Shown here piece after piece: positions 49,445 through 58,054 of a DNA stretch of 64,000 nt. Origin of the DNA: Fidelibacterota bacterium (GTDB lineage: Bacteria; Fidelibacterota; Marinisomatia; Marinisomatales; Marinisomataceae); the NCBI GenBank assembly GCA_018672235.1, contig JABHGE010000023.1:915-64914 (forward strand), written 5' to 3'. The position numbers were made by a program, and so were the translations under genes. Each line of letters opens with the position of its first letter. The first letter of the stretch is position 1. The notes beneath the pieces are model-generated. The model was not told the DNA's origin. It worked only from the letters and a program-made list of their open reading frames with translations, and did no database searches.

Positions 49445-50092
49445 ATGAGCGCTTTAAAGTCAAGATTAGCTATAGGATTAACAGGATTTCCTCTTATTAT
49501 TCTAGCGGTATTGAATGGAGGATGGATCTTCAATTCTATCATAGTTTTAGCTGCATTAATTGCATTCAAAGAGTTTCTATCACTTCAATCAAAGAATGAC
49601 AAAAAAATACTATGGATATTATTTGGCATAATTTATGTTTTGGGGAGTATTTTTTGTCTCTTAGTCTTAAGAGATATTGATTTATTATTGGGTTCGTATT
49701 TCACATTGATGCTATTTGCGGGAGTATCAGTAAATGATTCTTTTTCTTATATTTTTGGTAAATGGATTGGTGGTAAAAAAATTGCACCATCAATTAGTCC
49801 AAATAAAACATATGCGGGTCTAATTGGAGGACTTGTAAGTACCATATTATTTGTACTCTTATTTGATGAGTTTATATTCAATCTAACATTTTTAGATAAA
49901 TGGGTATTTATCATCATTATAAATATTGTTGGATTTTTTGGCGATATCTTTGAATCATCTTTGAAGCGTAGGGTAAAAATTAAAGATTCTTCTCGTCTAT
50001 TAATGGGTCATGGAGGGATGTTAGATAGGTTAGACTCTTTAATATTGACAACTCCAGTAACATTGTTTTATGTTATTGCGTATTATTTATGA
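49445..50092 (+). CDS. cdsA: Phosphatidate cytidylyltransferase
   Basis: DSFSYIFG, ISPNKTYAG, GDIFESSLKR..KIKDS..L.GHGGMLDRLDS. Confidence 0.95.
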   Translation: MSALKSRLAIGLTGFPLIILAVLNGGWIFNSIIVLAALIAFKEFLSLQSKNDKKILWILFGIIYVLGSIFCLLVLRDIDLLLGSYFTLMLFAGVSVNDSFSYIFGKWIGGKKIAPSISPNKTYAGLIGGLVSTILFVLLFDEFIFNLTFLDKWVFIIIINIVGFFGDIFESSLKRRVKIKDSSRLLMGHGGMLDRLDSLILTTPVTLFYVIAYYL

Positions 50093-51915
50093 GTAAAAAA
50101 ATTAAATCCATATTGGCAACAGATTGTGGAAGTACAACCACCAAAGCTATTCTAATTGAATGGAAAGAAGACCGTTATAGGTTGACTTTTAGAGGTGAAG
50201 CCCCAACAACAGTTGAAGCTCCTTTTGAAGATGTTACTAAAGGAGTATTGAATGCTGTAATGGAAGTAGAAGAACTATCTGGAAGAACTATTCTAGATGG
50301 AGATCAAATTATAACACCAGAGAATGGAAAGTCGGGAGTAGATATTTATGTTTCTACAAGCTCTGCTGGCGGTGGATTACAAATGATGGTAGCTGGTGTA
50401 GTAAAATCTATGTCGGGAGAAAGCGCAGAAAGAGCTGCTTTGGGGGCAGGATCGATTGTAATGGACGTTTTAGCGTCAAATGACGGTAGGTTACCGCATG
50501 AAAAAATTACACGCATAAGACAGCTAAGACCTGATATGATATTGTTATCGGGTGGAACTGACGGTGGAACTACTACGCACGTAATGGAATTAGCTGAAAT
50601 TCTAGCAGCTGCAAATCCACGACCTCGTTTAGGTCAAAATTATAAATTGCCAGTGATTTATGCTGGAAATAACAAAGCTCAAGAATCTATTAAATCCACG
50701 CTTGGTGAAATTTCAGATCTAGATATTGTTGATAATATTAGACCGGTGCTTGAGAGAGAAAATTTAGAACCTTCACGTGATAAAATTCATGATCTATTTA
50801 TGGAGCACGTTATGGCGCAGGCGCCTGGATATAAGAAGCTGATGTCTTGGACTGATGCTCCTATTATGCCGACACCTGGAGCAGTAGGTTCATTGATTGA
50901 AATGATTGCGAAAAAAGAAGGTATCTCTGTTGTAGGAGTAGATATCGGCGGCGCAACAACAGATATTTTTTCTGTATTTGAAGAAAAATTTAATCGTACA
51001 GTAAGTGCTAATCTTGGAATGAGCTATTCTATTTGTAACGTATTAGCTGAGGCAGGACTAGATAACGTATTAAGATGGGTTCCTTTTGATATTGATCGTA
51101 GTGAGCTAACAAACCGTATTGGTAATAAGATGATACGTCCAACGACAGTACCGCAATCATTAGAAGAATTAGTCATTGAGCAAGCAATTGCTAGAGAAGC
51201 TTTGAGATTATCTTTTATTCAACATAAAGCATTTGCTACTAGCCTTAAAGGGGTTCAGTCAGAACGTACTATATCTGATGCATTTGAGCAATCTTCTAGC
51301 GGTCAATCTCTAGTAAATATGATGGATTTAGATTTATTGGTAGGCTCAGGTGGTGTATTGTCACATGCTCCACGTCGCCAACAATCTGCCAGAATGCTGA
51401 TCGATGCTTTCATGCCTGAAGGTATTACACAGCTAGCAGTAGATTCTATTTTTATGATGCCTCAATTGGGTGTGCTTGCAAATATTGATAAAGAGGAATT
51501 AAAAGATGATGCAAGTCAGGCAGCATTAGAGGTGTTTGATAATGATTGCCTAATTAGACTTGGAACATGTGTTAGTCCGGTTGGAAAAGCAAAGCCAAAG
51601 TCTAAAATGGCTGATGTAACAATGTCATTTAAGGATGGATCAACAAAGACAATAGAAATCAAAGAAGGTTCTCTTGAGATGCTTGAATTTCCTTACGAAG
51701 AAGTGAAGGTTCATATAGAACCATCAAGAGGGATAGATGTTGGTGCCGGAAAAGGAGAGCCGCTTGATTCTGTTATATATGGAGGCGTAGTTGGGTTAAT
51801 CTTTGATGGGCGTAACAGACCAATCACATTATCGACTGATCCATCCCAAAGAATTGATAGTTTATTAAATTGGTCTAGCGCAGTAGATGAATATCCTAAA
51901 GGAGATTTATTTTAA
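50089..51915 (+). CDS. GlmL/MutL (glutamate mutase L)-like actin-fold (ASKHA) ATPase
   Basis: Phosphate-1 ATDCGSTTTK, STSSAGGGL, phosphate-2 GVDIGGATTD, RTVSANLGMSYS, adenosine-loop GSGGVLSHAP. Confidence 0.8.
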   Translation: MSKKIKSILATDCGSTTTKAILIEWKEDRYRLTFRGEAPTTVEAPFEDVTKGVLNAVMEVEELSGRTILDGDQIITPENGKSGVDIYVSTSSAGGGLQMMVAGVVKSMSGESAERAALGAGSIVMDVLASNDGRLPHEKITRIRQLRPDMILLSGGTDGGTTTHVMELAEILAAANPRPRLGQNYKLPVIYAGNNKAQESIKSTLGEISDLDIVDNIRPVLERENLEPSRDKIHDLFMEHVMAQAPGYKKLMSWTDAPIMPTPGAVGSLIEMIAKKEGISVVGVDIGGATTDIFSVFEEKFNRTVSANLGMSYSICNVLAEAGLDNVLRWVPFDIDRSELTNRIGNKMIRPTTVPQSLEELVIEQAIAREALRLSFIQHKAFATSLKGVQSERTISDAFEQSSSGQSLVNMMDLDLLVGSGGVLSHAPRRQQSARMLIDAFMPEGITQLAVDSIFMMPQLGVLANIDKEELKDDASQAALEVFDNDCLIRLGTCVSPVGKAKPKSKMADVTMSFKDGSTKTIEIKEGSLEMLEFPYEEVKVHIEPSRGIDVGAGKGEPLDSVIYGGVVGLIFDGRNRPITLSTDPSQRIDSLLNWSSAVDEYPKGDLF

Positions 51916-53040
51916 ATGGCACATTCTTATACTCCGGGATTAAAAGTATTAAAAAAGACACTTTTTAGAAAAGAACGTATTCTACCTCTAAAAGGTAAAG
52001 TTCTTGTAAAAAAAGGCGATAAGTTGTCTCCGGATACTGTCGTTGCTTCTACCAATCTTCCTGGCAATGTGCAGATGTTAAAAGTAAATAACATCTTAAA
52101 TATTGAACCTAGAGACGTAGTTGATTGTTTAGTAGTTAAAGAAGGCGATATCGTAAAAAAAGGTGATATGATCGCTGAAACAGCAGGAATTTTTGGTATG
52201 TTTAAATCTTCTGTGGACTGTCCTGTAGATGGAACAATTGAGTCTATATCTGAAAGCACAGGACGTGTTATAGTGAGAGAAGTTCCTATACCAGTAGAAG
52301 TAGATGCTTATGTAAGCGGTACGGTAGACGAAGTAATTGAAAAAGAAGGAATTATTTTAAAGTGTGATGCAGCATTTATCCAAGGCATTTTCGGAATTGC
52401 AGGCGAAAAAAGAGGAGAGTTAGTATTGGTATCTAGTAATTCTTCTGACGAGTTAACATCTGATCAAATTACAGAAGAGATGGCAGGAAAAATTTTAATA
52501 GGCGGATCATTTTTAAATCTTGATGCTTATAAAAAAGCAATGAGTTGTAATGTTGCTGCGGTGGTAGTAGGTGGGTTTAATTACTATGACCTAAAAGCAG
52601 TATTGGGATATGATTTAGGGGTAGCTATTACAGGTACAGAACAACTACCTACAGCATTGATTGTGACAGAAGGATATGGATCTATTCCAATGAGTGATGC
52701 TACGTTTGATTTATTAAAAAGTAATCATGGAAATGAAGCATCTGTCAATGGTGCAACGCAAATAAGAGCAGGTGTAATTCGTCCTGAGATCGTAATCCCT
52801 ATGTTGACTGAGTCTGAGTCAGAAGACTCTTTATCTAAAGAGCCAGAAGGTATTCAAGAAGGTAGTACAGTTAGAGTGATTCGTTCACCAAATTTTGGAA
52901 AGATTGGAACAGTAAGTTCTTTGCCATCAGAATTAAAGAAGATGGAGTCAGAGACTATGGTTAGAGTAGCTGAAGTTTCTATCGATGGAGTAGATACTCT
53001 TATACCGAGAGCAAATCTTGAAATGGTCGAATTGCAGTGA
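51916..53040 (+). CDS. Conserved hypothetical soluble protein with barrel-sandwich-hybrid motifs and C-terminal KOW/SH3-like region
   Basis: VLVKKGD, VVKEGDIVKKGDMIA...CPVDGTI, AYVSGTV; NGATQIRAGVIRPE; EGSTVRVIRSPNFGKIGTV. Confidence 0.6.
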   Translation: MAHSYTPGLKVLKKTLFRKERILPLKGKVLVKKGDKLSPDTVVASTNLPGNVQMLKVNNILNIEPRDVVDCLVVKEGDIVKKGDMIAETAGIFGMFKSSVDCPVDGTIESISESTGRVIVREVPIPVEVDAYVSGTVDEVIEKEGIILKCDAAFIQGIFGIAGEKRGELVLVSSNSSDELTSDQITEEMAGKILIGGSFLNLDAYKKAMSCNVAAVVVGGFNYYDLKAVLGYDLGVAITGTEQLPTALIVTEGYGSIPMSDATFDLLKSNHGNEASVNGATQIRAGVIRPEIVIPMLTESESEDSLSKEPEGIQEGSTVRVIRSPNFGKIGTVSSLPSELKKMESETMVRVAEVSIDGVDTLIPRANLEMVELQ

Positions 53041-53309
53041 GTTACATACTAACTAGCGAGGATAAAACATTTTTATCAAAGCTTGCTAATAAGATAGTAG
53101 AGCTAAAATTAATTACTCCTTCGATTTTTTTCTTAGAAATGGTAAAGCCATTAAATTTTATCGGAAGTCAGACAATGGTATTTTTTGGGCCAATAATTAG
53201 TGCATTTGTCAAAACAGATGGTTATTATAGGGCTGCTGAATTATTTGAACAGCACTCTAGTGTAGAATTTTTAATTTGTGAATTAGAACGATTAGGCAAA
53301 AATGGATAA
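53037..53309 (+). CDS. Small hypothetical protein of the GlmL-like operon
   Basis: 90 aa, overlaps both neighbours; TPSIFFLEMVKPLNFIGSQ. Confidence 0.7.
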   Translation: MSYILTSEDKTFLSKLANKIVELKLITPSIFFLEMVKPLNFIGSQTMVFFGPIISAFVKTDGYYRAAELFEQHSSVEFLICELERLGKNG

Positions 53310-54180
53310 CAAGCAAATACAAACATACTCTTTAGGATTTATAGGTATAACCCTATTTACCTTTGCTTTGACACAACTTCCAGAGTCTATTCACATCTTC
53401 CAATCAGATAGAGCAGTAATGTTTGCTCTTTTACTTACTATTATAATGGTAATGTTAAATGAAGTAAAACAAGCTAGAATTTCTTCTGATTCAATCTTTT
53501 TACGTACTATTCCAGGACTAAAAGCAGTAGAAGAAGCTGTCGGTCGTTCTACTGAGATGGGTCGACCTATTCTTTATGTTCCAGGTATTATGGATATGAA
53601 TGAGGTTGAAACTGTTGCTGGTGTAATTATTTTAGGTCACGTAGCTCAGATGACTGCACAATACGAAACAAGTTTAGATGTTCCTGTTGCAAGATCTATT
53701 GTTATGCAAGCTGCTAGAGAGTCTTGCAAGGAAGCCTATTTAACACAAGGACGCCCAGAAATGTTTAATGAGGATATGGTTCATTATATTACGGATGATC
53801 AATTTGCTTATGCCGCAGGAGTAAATGGGATAATGCAAAGAGATAAGCCAGCTGCATGTATGTATATGGGTAAATTTTATGCAGAATCATTACTTTTCGC
53901 AGAGACTGGTAATAGTATTGGTGCAATTCAGATTGCAGGTACTGCATCTCAAGCGCAAATTCCTTTCTTTGTAACTGCTTGCGACTATACATTAATGGGT
54001 GAAGAGTATTTTGCAGCAAGTGCATATCTTTCAAGAAAACCTGAATTAATTGCGGGTGTAAAAACACAAGATATGGTCAAACTTATGCTGATTAGTTTTA
54101 TTGGGGTTGCTTTATTGTCACGCGCCTTATCTGATTTAGGATTAACGAGTTTTAACCTTTTAACATTGTTGGGTCTATAA
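53302..54180 (+). CDS. DUF6754-like membrane-anchored protein
   Basis: Two N-terminal TMs, LRTIPGLKAVEEAVGRSTEMGRP, AESLLFAE, QIPFFVTACDYTLMGEEYFAASAYLS, C-terminal TM (family name from recall). Confidence 0.65.
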   Translation: MDNKQIQTYSLGFIGITLFTFALTQLPESIHIFQSDRAVMFALLLTIIMVMLNEVKQARISSDSIFLRTIPGLKAVEEAVGRSTEMGRPILYVPGIMDMNEVETVAGVIILGHVAQMTAQYETSLDVPVARSIVMQAARESCKEAYLTQGRPEMFNEDMVHYITDDQFAYAAGVNGIMQRDKPAACMYMGKFYAESLLFAETGNSIGAIQIAGTASQAQIPFFVTACDYTLMGEEYFAASAYLSRKPELIAGVKTQDMVKLMLISFIGVALLSRALSDLGLTSFNLLTLLGL

Positions 54181-54181
54181 A

Positions 54182-55084
54182 ATGTTTTTAAAAAGATATA
54201 TACCAATTGGAATTGTTGCATTTTTTGGATCTTTAACTCTATTTGGATGGTTTATTGATAATGAATCAATTGAGGCGTTTGTAAATGACGATGCGACTCA
54301 ATGGTATGATATTATTGCAAGTTTTGCGATTTTTCTCGGAGCATTAAATTTATTAAAATTACAATTTTTAAAAGTAATAAAGAAACAGCAGGGATGGCAG
54401 TATAGTGTTGTTGCGATTGTATCGTTCTTTTTTGCTTTTACAATCGGCTTCTTTATGAAGGGAGCTTTCTTTGTAGGTGAAGATGTATACTTTACACAAA
54501 AGGCAGCCGAACAAGCTATTGCAGTGTCAGGGTCCTCAGAGGTTATGATACCAGTTGAATGGGGAGCTCATATTTCTGCAGAGGGCGGTTTATTTAAATG
54601 GATGTTTGATAGTATTTTTACCCCTTTATCTGCAACCATGTTTGCATTGCTCGCGTTTTACGTTGCTTCAGCTTCATATCGCGCATTTAGAGTAAGAAAT
54701 TTTGAAGCTACATTATTATTATTAGCTGGTATTATTATCATGTTAGGTAGAGTACCTGTAGGAAGTTTAATTACGCCTTGGATGGTAATGTATCTACTAG
54801 TATTTGTTGGAGCAATATTTATGAGTACTTATTTTAGAGATCGTAAGATTATTTTCGGTTCATTTGTCCTAGGTTTGTTAGGTGTCACATTGCTAGGTAT
54901 AAACATGGATTGGAATCCAACCCAACCTGCAATATTTTTCTTACCATCACTACAGGAATGGATTTATACAGTTCCAAATTTAGCTGGAGCAAGAGCGATT
55001 ATGATTGGGATTGGTTTGGGAATTATTGTAACTAGTCTACGTTATATATTTGGATTAGAAAAATCATACATAGGTGACCAATAA
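54182..55084 (+). CDS. Polytopic membrane protein of unknown function
   Basis: About 8 hydrophobic helices; PLSATMFALLAFYVASASYRAFR; AGARAIMIGIGLG. Confidence 0.75.
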   Translation: MFLKRYIPIGIVAFFGSLTLFGWFIDNESIEAFVNDDATQWYDIIASFAIFLGALNLLKLQFLKVIKKQQGWQYSVVAIVSFFFAFTIGFFMKGAFFVGEDVYFTQKAAEQAIAVSGSSEVMIPVEWGAHISAEGGLFKWMFDSIFTPLSATMFALLAFYVASASYRAFRVRNFEATLLLLAGIIIMLGRVPVGSLITPWMVMYLLVFVGAIFMSTYFRDRKIIFGSFVLGLLGVTLLGINMDWNPTQPAIFFLPSLQEWIYTVPNLAGARAIMIGIGLGIIVTSLRYIFGLEKSYIGDQ

Positions 55085-55926
55085 TGAAATTTTTAGAAGA
55101 CATGATATTGAAGTTTGGTTCTGTTGATAGAAGATTTATCTTTCTATTAATTGGTCTAGCAGTATTTATACCGCTTTTACGCCCAATAGATTTACCGATT
55201 AGAACGACCCCAACTACTGAAAAAGTTTATAATGCAATCGATGCAATTCCTGCAAATTCAAAGGTATTGATGTCGTTTGATTACGGTCCAAGTACTAAGC
55301 CTGAGATTCATCCAATGACATTGGGAGTTATGAGACAGCTTTTACGCAAAGATCATCAAATTTATATTACTTGTTTATGGCCTGATGGGCTATATATGGC
55401 CCTTGATGCATTAGACGAAATCAATAAGGAATTTGATCTAGTAGAGTATGAAGATTATGTACTATTAGGCTTTAGACCAGGAAATGAAGCAATTGTTAAA
55501 GGTCTTGCTAGTGATTTACGTAAAGTTTATACCGTAGACGCTAAAGGTGTAATGCTTGCAGATATACCTATGATGGATGGCGTAAATAATTTAAAAGATT
55601 TTCAATTTATTTTTACTGGTTCTGCTGGATATCCAGGTACTTTTGAATGGGTTCAATATGGCGGAGATCCAACCGGTGTACCATTATCTTCTGGAACAAC
55701 ATCGATTCAAGTAAATGAAGTGATGCCTTATGTTCAGAGTGGACAAGTAAGAGGAATTCTTGCTGGAATGCCAGGAGCAGCAGAGTATGAAAAATTGATT
55801 GGTACGCCAGGTATTGCAATTCAAGGAATGGCTGCACAATCATTTGCACATTTGGTTATTGTATTGTTTATTGTTTTAGGTAATCTAGCATATTTTATAA
55901 CAGAGAGAAGAGAGAGGAAATATTAA
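55084..55926 (+). CDS. Membrane-anchored protein of unknown function, probable DUF6754 paralog
   Basis: N-terminal TM, alpha/beta soluble domain (FDYGPS..PE, LAGMPGAAEYE), C-terminal TM. Confidence 0.7.
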   Translation: MKFLEDMILKFGSVDRRFIFLLIGLAVFIPLLRPIDLPIRTTPTTEKVYNAIDAIPANSKVLMSFDYGPSTKPEIHPMTLGVMRQLLRKDHQIYITCLWPDGLYMALDALDEINKEFDLVEYEDYVLLGFRPGNEAIVKGLASDLRKVYTVDAKGVMLADIPMMDGVNNLKDFQFIFTGSAGYPGTFEWVQYGGDPTGVPLSSGTTSIQVNEVMPYVQSGQVRGILAGMPGAAEYEKLIGTPGIAIQGMAAQSFAHLVIVLFIVLGNLAYFITERRERKY

Positions 55927-55927
55927 T

Positions 55928-56701
55928 ATGGCATTTTCTACTATTCTCGGTGCATGGATTGCAGCATTTTTAACATTAGGTATCTTATCTTATCTCTATA
56001 GAGATAATCCTTTCTATAAGATTGCAGAACATGTTTTTGTTGGTGTTTCAGCAGCTTATTGGGCAGCTACCTTTTATTGGACACAAATTTATCCAAATCT
56101 TTTTGGAAGATTATTCCCGAAAGACGGCCCTTTGGCATTTATCGCTGAAGTTGATTTTAATCACGAATTTAATGTGTTTTACTTATTTCCTTTATTGCTA
56201 GGTATTATGATGTTGCTTAGTATTTTTAAGCAGTTTAATTGGATGGCAAGATGGGGTATTGCTTACACAGTAGGTATTGCAGCTGGATTGAAAGCATATG
56301 GTTATTTAAGCTCTAATGTATTGAGTCAAATTAGTGCAAGTGCTGTAGATATATTTAGCGGTTCTTTGCCAATCTTTAGTATGTCAGGAGATAGCGTATT
56401 TAACAATATTGTTATCTTGATCGGTACAATTAGTGCATTGATGTATTTTTATTTCTCAAAAGAACAGACTGGTTCTTATGGAAAATTTACTCGATTAGGA
56501 ATTTATTTCTTAATGATCAGTTTTGGAGCATCATTTGGTTTTGCGGTTATGGGACGTATTTCACTATTAATTGGTCGTTTTAACGATCTAATTTTATTTT
56601 CTTCCTCCGATTATAACTATGGAACGTTTTGGATGATGTTATTTGTTGTAGTCGTACTAGGTTTTTGGTCATTCCAAAATCCTGAAAAAAAGGAAGGTTA
56701 A
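55928..56701 (+). CDS. Polytopic membrane protein of unknown function
   Basis: About 7 hydrophobic helices; SYLYRDNPFYKIAEH..VGVSA; MISFGASFG...MGR. Confidence 0.75.
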   Translation: MAFSTILGAWIAAFLTLGILSYLYRDNPFYKIAEHVFVGVSAAYWAATFYWTQIYPNLFGRLFPKDGPLAFIAEVDFNHEFNVFYLFPLLLGIMMLLSIFKQFNWMARWGIAYTVGIAAGLKAYGYLSSNVLSQISASAVDIFSGSLPIFSMSGDSVFNNIVILIGTISALMYFYFSKEQTGSYGKFTRLGIYFLMISFGASFGFAVMGRISLLIGRFNDLILFSSSDYNYGTFWMMLFVVVVLGFWSFQNPEKKEG

Positions 56702-56704
56702 TAA

Positions 56705-58054
56705 ATGAATAAAGCGGATATTAGGAAAGTAATTTCTCAAAGTATTCTTGCAGATGGAATGTCTCCAATTATCGACTTAGAAAAATCTCATGGATCTTGG
56801 TTAGTTGATAAGGTTAGTGGTAAAGAATATTTAGATTTATTCTCTATGTTTGCATCTCTTTCTGTCGGATATAACCATCCTTATGTCTTAGAGCAATCAG
56901 AACGATTACGTATTGCAGCAATCAATAAACCAACAAATTCAGATGTTTATTCTCAAGAGATGGCAGAATTTATGCAAACCTTCAAACGTGTAGCTCAGCC
57001 AGATTATTTACCTCATACTTTTTTTATAGAGGGTGGCGGTCTAGCAGTTGAAAATGCTTTAAAAGTTGCATTTGACTGGAAGCGTAGAAAAAATTTAGCT
57101 AAAGGAAGTAGCGCTAAAGGAGAAAAGGTTATTCATTTTAAGCAATGTTTTCATGGACGAACAGGGTACACTATGTCCCTAACTGATTCTCCAGACAAAA
57201 GAAAAACAATGTATTTTCCAAAATTTGACTGGCCTAGAGTTAGTAATCCTAAAATTACATTCCCTTTAAAAGATAATTTAGAGCATGTTCAAGCATTGGA
57301 GAAGCAGTCATTGCATGAAATCAAAGAAGCAATTGCTGCAAATCCAGATAATATTTCTTCTATTATCTTAGAGCCTATACAGGGCGAAGGTGGAGACAAT
57401 CACTTCAGATGCGAGTTTATGCAAGCATTAAGAGAAATTGCTAATGAGAACGATATTATGCTTATCTACGATGAAGTACAAACTGGAATTGGTGTGACAG
57501 GAAAAATGTGGGCACACCAACATTTCTCATCAGGTGCTTGTGAGTCTGATTGTCATTGTCCAGATGGATTATCAGCTAAGCCTGATATTATTGCATTTGG
57601 TAAGAAAACGCAGGTTTGTGGTATTGCTGTTAGCACTCGCGTAGATGAAGTAGAAGGTAACGTGTTTCAAGAATCAAGTCGTATTAACTCTACGTGGGGT
57701 GGAAGTTTAGTTGATATGGTGCGACTAACTATCTATTTAGAACTAATTGAAAGAGATAATTTAGTAGATCAGGCAGCTAAAAATGGACAATACCTTTTAA
57801 ATAGCATTGAAGGACTTCAAAATAAATACCCTGGCCTTGTATCGAATGCAAGAGGAAAAGGGCTGTATTGTGCCTTTGATTTGCCTTCAAGCAATCAAAG
57901 AGATAAGTTGTCAGAGCTTCTCATGGATGAAGGTTCAATTTTGCTAGGCTCTGGAAATTATTCAATACGCTTTAGACCGCATTTAAATGTGACAACCGAA
58001 GATATTGATTTTGGAATAGATTGCTTTACGCGCGCATTAAATAAGTTGGCATAA
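56705..58054 (+). CDS. lat: L-lysine 6-transaminase (class III aminotransferase)
   Basis: YLDLFSMFAS, KPTNSDVY, GGLAVENALKVAFDWK, FHGRTGYTMSLT, EPIQGEGGD, DEVQTG, FGKKTQVCG, SRINSTWGG. Confidence 0.9.
   Translation: MNKADIRKVISQSILADGMSPIIDLEKSHGSWLVDKVSGKEYLDLFSMFASLSVGYNHPYVLEQSERLRIAAINKPTNSDVYSQEMAEFMQTFKRVAQPDYLPHTFFIEGGGLAVENALKVAFDWKRRKNLAKGSSAKGEKVIHFKQCFHGRTGYTMSLTDSPDKRKTMYFPKFDWPRVSNPKITFPLKDNLEHVQALEKQSLHEIKEAIAANPDNISSIILEPIQGEGGDNHFRCEFMQALREIANENDIMLIYDEVQTGIGVTGKMWAHQHFSSGACESDCHCPDGLSAKPDIIAFGKKTQVCGIAVSTRVDEVEGNVFQESSRINSTWGGSLVDMVRLTIYLELIERDNLVDQAAKNGQYLLNSIEGLQNKYPGLVSNARGKGLYCAFDLPSSNQRDKLSELLMDEGSILLGSGNYSIRFRPHLNVTTEDIDFGIDCFTRALNKLA

Noticed and set aside
50089-56701. 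Reading the unknown operon as an Rnf/Nqr-type redox complex because of the hybrid motifs
   Set aside because: No Fe-S Cys clusters, flavin-binding or FMN-Thr motifs, or RnfD/A/E-like signatures are visible.
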